Positions 55,173 to 59,588 of a stretch of DNA of 59,588 nt are shown in pieces; the stretch's first letter is position 1, and each line of letters opens with the position of its first letter. The notes below the pieces were generated by a model. It was not told where the DNA came from. It worked only from the letters and a program-made list of their open reading frames with translations, and did not search any database. Both the position numbers and the translations under genes were made by a program. The DNA is from an uncultured Gammaproteobacteria bacterium (GTDB lineage Bacteria; Patescibacteriota; Microgenomatia; UBA8517), in contig CAZIPM010000001.1 of assembly GCA_964541395.1 (NCBI GenBank), positions 69,833 to 129,420 on the forward strand. The letters are read 5' to 3'.

Positions 55173-56401
55173 GAAAGATTTATAACACCAACTTGTTATT
55201 TTTACTGGTTATTATATTTGTAAGTTTTGGTCATTTGTTGTTTTCAATAAGAACTGATAATTATTTTTCGGTAGACGACTTTGTAGTTCTAGCATATTTT
55301 AAAGATCATCAATTATTAGATATCTTTCTTGAATTTTTAATAAATGGAGATGTCTTCGGATTTAGGAAAGTTACCGGGTATTTAATTTTCGGATCAGTTT
55401 TTAAAATCTTTGGTACCAATCAAAATATTTTTAACTTCTTGTTATTTTTACTACACACCTCAAATTTAATTCTTTTATATTTTATTTGTCTAAAACTTAC
55501 TAAAAACAAATTTGGCTCATTTTTTGTTTCTCTCATCTACAATAAATACTATTTATTTTATTATTCCAATCTACATGAGTATGCAGTAGTCTTGTTTTCT
55601 CTATTAACCATACTTTTATTTCTCGTAGATGCTAAGAAATGGTTTTATCTGTATCTTTTCACCTTTATCACCGCTTTACTTTCTAAAGAAACAGCTTTCA
55701 GTTTACCTTTTGTACTTTTTGCTCTTTCCTGGATTGTAAAAACAGACAGAAAGAAAATATATCCAATGATCCTTATATCACTTCTTTTTATTTGTTATCA
55801 ATTTTACACAGTACTTTTCGGAGGAGTAATAAATGTGAATAATTCGTATATGATGAGCTTTTATTTAAAAGATATTTTAAGAAATTTCTTTTCGCTTATT
55901 GATTATAAATTGTTAATTTTGTTTCTGGCTTTACCAATATTTTTCAAAAAGTACAATCATATTCTACTATTATTTGTCTGCTTAATTACAGTTATTCCTG
56001 CCAGCTTACTTGTTAACAGAAATGAATCGTATTATGTCTATTTGCCTATGGCATTTCTTTTGATTTATCTAAGTTTATTTCTTCCCAAACTTTCCATTAA
56101 ATCATTTTTATTATATCTATTGGTTTTTTATATTTTTGGTGGACGATCAGTTCTGCCTAAAATTGCCAGACAAAACTTCCCTAATTGGCAAAAAGTATCA
56201 ATGGGGAATGTTTTAAAAAGAATTGAAGAACACGATATATCCGATAAGGAAATTTATATTGGCGATATCCAATTGGAAAGGGATGCTAGACTGATGCTGG
56301 AAAGCGGGACCACAGATCTTTTTTTACCTAGAAATATTGGCCAAAAGTATGATTTCATTTATAATGAAATTAGGCAAACTGTACTGGTTCAGAATAGGTA
56401 A
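55169..56401 (+). CDS. Polytopic membrane protein, probable GT-C glycosyltransferase (paralogue of preceding gene)
   Basis: FSVDDF, LLH..N, YSNLHE, LSKE, YYVYLP. Confidence 0.7.
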   Translation: MRKIYNTNLLFLLVIIFVSFGHLLFSIRTDNYFSVDDFVVLAYFKDHQLLDIFLEFLINGDVFGFRKVTGYLIFGSVFKIFGTNQNIFNFLLFLLHTSNLILLYFICLKLTKNKFGSFFVSLIYNKYYLFYYSNLHEYAVVLFSLLTILLFLVDAKKWFYLYLFTFITALLSKETAFSLPFVLFALSWIVKTDRKKIYPMILISLLFICYQFYTVLFGGVINVNNSYMMSFYLKDILRNFFSLIDYKLLILFLALPIFFKKYNHILLLFVCLITVIPASLLVNRNESYYVYLPMAFLLIYLSLFLPKLSIKSFLLYLLVFYIFGGRSVLPKIARQNFPNWQKVSMGNVLKRIEEHDISDKEIYIGDIQLERDARLMLESGTTDLFLPRNIGQKYDFIYNEIRQTVLVQNR

Positions 56402-56465
56402 TATGAAAATAAAAAACCGGATATGGTTATTGGAGCAATTGATGTACTGAGATATTTATTTATGC

Positions 56466-56553
56466 AAAAAAAAGGTTGGAGAACTCATTCTAGATGAGAT
56501 AATCCTTAGTTAAGACCGTCCATTACGATCGGTGGTCGCTAAGGCATCCAACC
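56466..56553 (-). ncRNA. Candidate small structured RNA (three-way junction, U8 tail), family unassigned
   Basis: GGUUGGA/UCCAACC closing stem, CCUUAG/CUAAGG plus ACCG/CGGU arm, CUCAU/AUGAG hairpin, then U8; GC-richer than flanks; promoter directly upstream. Confidence 0.55.
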
Positions 56554-56559
56554 AAAGTT

Positions 56560-56588
56560 ATAATAATAAAATACGATGAATTTGTCAA
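56560..56588 (-). promoter_or_regulatory. Sigma70-type promoter for the candidate RNA
   Basis: TTGACA (56588-56583), 17 nt, TATTAT (56565-56560), 6 nt, then the first G of the stem at 56553. Confidence 0.6.
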
Positions 56589-57844
56589 TTTTAAACCTAC
56601 AATTTACAGCTTGGCCGGAAATGCTAGCCTGGCCTTACCTTATCTTGAAAGGTTGGCTACCTTACCGCGATATCGCAATTGCCCACACTCCACTAATGCT
56701 TTTGGTTTTAACGGCTTTTTATAAAATCTTTGGAGTAGGAATACTTCAACTTAAAGTTTTTACCTGGTTGCTTATGGCTTTTAATACACTTTTAACTTTT
56801 TGGGTAGCAAAAAAGGTTTTTAACAAAAAAACTGCTCTACTGGCAGCAATTTTATATTTACCGCTATCTATTTACTATAAAGCAAACGGACTTTGGTTTG
56901 ACTTGGCATTGGTACCTTTTGCTCTTCTTTTATACTATTTTGTAACAAAAAATAAATTTATAGCCTCAGGAGTAGTTTATGCACTGGGCATTTTAACTAA
57001 ACAGACATTCATTTATTTTGCTCTGGCAGTTGTCACAAATTTAATCCAAAAAGAAAGAAAAGATAGTCTGGAAATACCCAAAAAAACTATTGAAAAAATC
57101 AGAAAATTTATCTTTGGAGCAGTTCTGGCATTTTTACTACCTATAATAGTTATGTTTTTTATAGGTATCCTTGATGATTTCTATTTCTGGGCAGTTAACT
57201 TCGGAATTCTATACCTACCAAGTGTTTCCGGTCAGATTAAATTTCCGGATTTTGGATCGTTTATCGTGGCTATTGTTCCATTTACGATTCTATTTTTTGA
57301 TTTAAGTTTTTTACCGTGGGTGATTGCCGGATTAATGGGAGTTTATCCGAGGTGGGAATTGTTTCATTTTCAACCTGCATTACCGTTTCTGGCGATAGTA
57401 ATAAGTAAGATTTACTTCGCAAAGAAAAACAGATTATTGGTTTATGGATACCTCTTAATTACCATTCTTCTAGTTACCCGTGGTATTTATAGGGAAGTCA
57501 AAAGTAGTACGCGTTTCTATGAACAGGATGTTGTAAATGTATCGGATGAAGTTAAAAACCATAACGCAAAAGAAATTTATGTAGTTAATTACTGGGACAA
57601 TATTTACAGCCTAAGCGGTACTGTACCTGTAACCAAACCACTCATACCGTATATACCTTGGTATCTTGACTTAGGTGGTGCCAGGGAAAGCATTATGATC
57701 AACCTTAAAGAGAACTTTCCTGACGCACTGGTTGTTAAAGACAGACAGAACTTGAGTTGGTCTGAACTTGAAGACTTCTTAATAAAATACTATCAGTGTA
57801 GGTTGGTAGAAAATGAAGTAGAACTTTGTTTAAAAAATAAATGA
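56576..57844 (+). CDS. GT-C-type membrane glycosyltransferase
   Basis: WPE...G.LPYRD....HTPL, LTKQ, HFQPALP; many TM. Confidence 0.75.
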   Translation: MNLSILNLQFTAWPEMLAWPYLILKGWLPYRDIAIAHTPLMLLVLTAFYKIFGVGILQLKVFTWLLMAFNTLLTFWVAKKVFNKKTALLAAILYLPLSIYYKANGLWFDLALVPFALLLYYFVTKNKFIASGVVYALGILTKQTFIYFALAVVTNLIQKERKDSLEIPKKTIEKIRKFIFGAVLAFLLPIIVMFFIGILDDFYFWAVNFGILYLPSVSGQIKFPDFGSFIVAIVPFTILFFDLSFLPWVIAGLMGVYPRWELFHFQPALPFLAIVISKIYFAKKNRLLVYGYLLITILLVTRGIYREVKSSTRFYEQDVVNVSDEVKNHNAKEIYVVNYWDNIYSLSGTVPVTKPLIPYIPWYLDLGGARESIMINLKENFPDALVVKDRQNLSWSELEDFLIKYYQCRLVENEVELCLKNK

Positions 57845-58911
57845 AGATAGCATTTTTAAATATTTATTGCGGTGTAATTAATCGAGGTGGAGAAACTTTT
57901 ACCAAAGAACTTGCAGGAAATCTATCAGGAAATAATGAGGTAACTGTCTTCCAGACAGGAAAATCTCAAGGAGATGAAAAATACCAAGTCGTTGAAATAC
58001 CAGTTAATTGGAATTGGAAGAAAAAGAGCGGTGAGGGAACTTTTATTTCTAAATTGTTTCTTGACTACTGGAACTTACAAATATTTTTATTCACTTTTAG
58101 GTCATTACCTTTAATCTTTAAAAGAAGATTTGATGTGGTGATCCCTGTCAACGGCGGATGGATGCCTGCAATATTAAGAATAGCCACTTGGTTAACCGCA
58201 TCGAAGCTGGTAATAACAGGTCAGTCGGGTATAGGCTGGGATGACAAAAATAATATCTGGTGCTTTCCAGATGCATTTGTGGCATTATCCAGCAGCGCAC
58301 TTGTGTGGGCTAAAAAAGTAAATCCGTTTGTTAAGTATGTTTATATTCCAAACGGAACAAATCTGAATACTTTCAATCCCGTTGGGGAAAAATTTAGAAT
58401 AAATTTAAAAAGTCCGATAATATTTTGTGACAGTGCCTTCACCAGTCAGAAACGAATCGACTTAGTAATTGAGGCTGTTTCAAAAATTAAGGACACAAGC
58501 CTTTTGGTAGCTGGCGGTTCGGGTGACCTGAAAGAATATTTAGAAAAAATAGGTAAAGAAAAATTGGGGGAACGGTTTAAATTAATAAGTGTCGAATATT
58601 CTCAAATTAATAAAATTTTAAGAAGCGTCAATGTCTTTACACTGGCCTCGACCCCCACTGAAGCATTTGGGATATCAATCATTCAAGCATTAGCAACTAA
58701 TATTCCTGCAGTAGTGAATGATGATCCCATCAGGCGCGAAATATTGGGAGATGCTGGACTATTTATCGATCCGACTGATTCGGAAAGCTATACCAAAGCT
58801 CTTATTAAAGCACTTTCAACAGATTGGGGAAATTTACCCAGAATACAGGCTGAGAGATTCTCCTGGGATATAATTGGTAAACAATATGAAAAACTTCTTA
58901 CTACTCTCTAG
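57841..58911 (+). CDS. GT4 glycosyltransferase
   Basis: RGGE, IPNG, KRID, EAFGI...QALA, FSWD. Confidence 0.85.
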   Translation: MKIAFLNIYCGVINRGGETFTKELAGNLSGNNEVTVFQTGKSQGDEKYQVVEIPVNWNWKKKSGEGTFISKLFLDYWNLQIFLFTFRSLPLIFKRRFDVVIPVNGGWMPAILRIATWLTASKLVITGQSGIGWDDKNNIWCFPDAFVALSSSALVWAKKVNPFVKYVYIPNGTNLNTFNPVGEKFRINLKSPIIFCDSAFTSQKRIDLVIEAVSKIKDTSLLVAGGSGDLKEYLEKIGKEKLGERFKLISVEYSQINKILRSVNVFTLASTPTEAFGISIIQALATNIPAVVNDDPIRREILGDAGLFIDPTDSESYTKALIKALSTDWGNLPRIQAERFSWDIIGKQYEKLLTTL

Positions 58912-59588
58912 TATCATACTAATTTCATTAGCGGTTAGATTATATAATTTTGAGAATAGACTGACTTATGGTCCCGAACAGGCAAGGAGTCTGGTTGTTT
59001 CCGCCAGGTACATCAAAGAAAAGCCTTCACTTCTGGGTCAGGAATACTTCAGAGTTAATTCCCAAGGACATAAACTTTTTACCAGTGCTCTTTTTAATTA
59101 TTCTCTGGTTCCTCTACTTTTAATTTTTAATTATCAGGTAATTCCAATCACCTACTTCTTTGTTATTTTAAATGTGATAACAGGTTTAGTAGTATATTTT
59201 TTGGTTAAAAAGATGTTAGGTTATAATGCAGGACTTCTTTCCTTAATACTTTATTTATTCAATAGTTACATGATTTATCACTCGATGTTTATCTGGGTTT
59301 TAAACTATATGCCTTTAATTGGCATTCTTTCCCTTTATCTTTGTTGGAAAATATATAAAAAGAAATATTTTAACTGGAGTATATTTTTTCTTGGAATTCT
59401 GTCGGGTATTGGGTTTGGCTTTGAATATTTATACTTACTGGCAATTATTCCGATTATGTTTGTTTTATTCAAATACTCAAAAAACAAAATAAAAGACTTT
59501 AGCATTTTGATAATCGGGGGTTTGATAGGTGACGCCCCTCAAATCCTATTTGATCTAAAGCACAATTTCTACCATTTAAGAACTCTAT
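58886..59588 (+). CDS. ArnT-like GT-C membrane glycosyltransferase, 3'-truncated by window edge (not in ORF track)
   Basis: MKNFLLLSSIILISLAVRLYNFENRLTYGPEQARS...PSLLG; hydrophobic frame continuing toward the window end. Confidence 0.7.
   Translation, partial: MKNFLLLSSIILISLAVRLYNFENRLTYGPEQARSLVVSARYIKEKPSLLGQEYFRVNSQGHKLFTSALFNYSLVPLLLIFNYQVIPITYFFVILNVITGLVVYFLVKKMLGYNAGLLSLILYLFNSYMIYHSMFIWVLNYMPLIGILSLYLCWKIYKKKYFNWSIFFLGILSGIGFGFEYLYLLAIIPIMFVLFKYSKNKIKDFSILIIGGLIGDAPQILFDLKHNFYHLRTL

Noticed and set aside
56403-56450. 15-codon ORF MKIKNRIWLLEQLMY right after the 55169 gene
   Set aside because: Too short to support; could be chance or a gene remnant.
56474-56553. Resemblance of the RNA candidate to tRNA (7-bp stem), 5S topology or the 23S rRNA 5' segment (GGAUGCCUU)
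   Set aside because: No T-loop, anticodon arm or CCA, too short for 5S, and the 23S-like words are short and pair internally; left unassigned.
1-59588. CRISPR array, rRNA/tRNA genes, IS elements, alternative genetic code
   Set aside because: No periodic repeats, cloverleafs or transposases seen; genes end normally at TGA and are full length under code 11.

Overview
AT-rich, gene-dense bacterial window that is almost entirely one large cell-surface glycosylation region. It holds about 60 CDS on alternating strands, with no rRNA, tRNA, CRISPR array or transposase. Contents: 12 polytopic GT-C-type membrane glycosyltransferases (ArnT/PMT-like, PIG-V-like), about 14 GT2/GT4/CgeB-type transferases, about 7 SAM methyltransferase domains, both Wzm/Wzt and Wzx exporters, an AsnB-type amidotransferase and several nucleotide-sugar modules. 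The many GT-C genes, near absence of Shine-Dalgarno motifs, apparent leaderless starts and tight packing suggest a Patescibacteria/CPR (Microgenomates-like) genome. That is inference, since the window has no marker gene. Most notable: (1) a VKOR (vitamin K epoxide reductase/DsbB-analogue) domain fused to a class-2-like dihydroorotate dehydrogenase that carries a class-1-type catalytic Cys; (2) a transaldolase + SIS isomerase + GHMP kinase + GmhB phosphatase + nucleotidyltransferase + epimerase + Gfo/Idh/MocA module matching the family set of the lincosamide GDP-octose pathway; (3) a methyltransferase-GT2 gene joined to a start-less GT-C gene across two in-phase -1 slippery heptamers and an A9 run; (4) an unannotated 80-88 nt structured minus-strand RNA candidate with its own TTGACA-N17-TATTAT promoter and U8 tail. 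All functional calls come from motif recognition by eye; no database searches were run.
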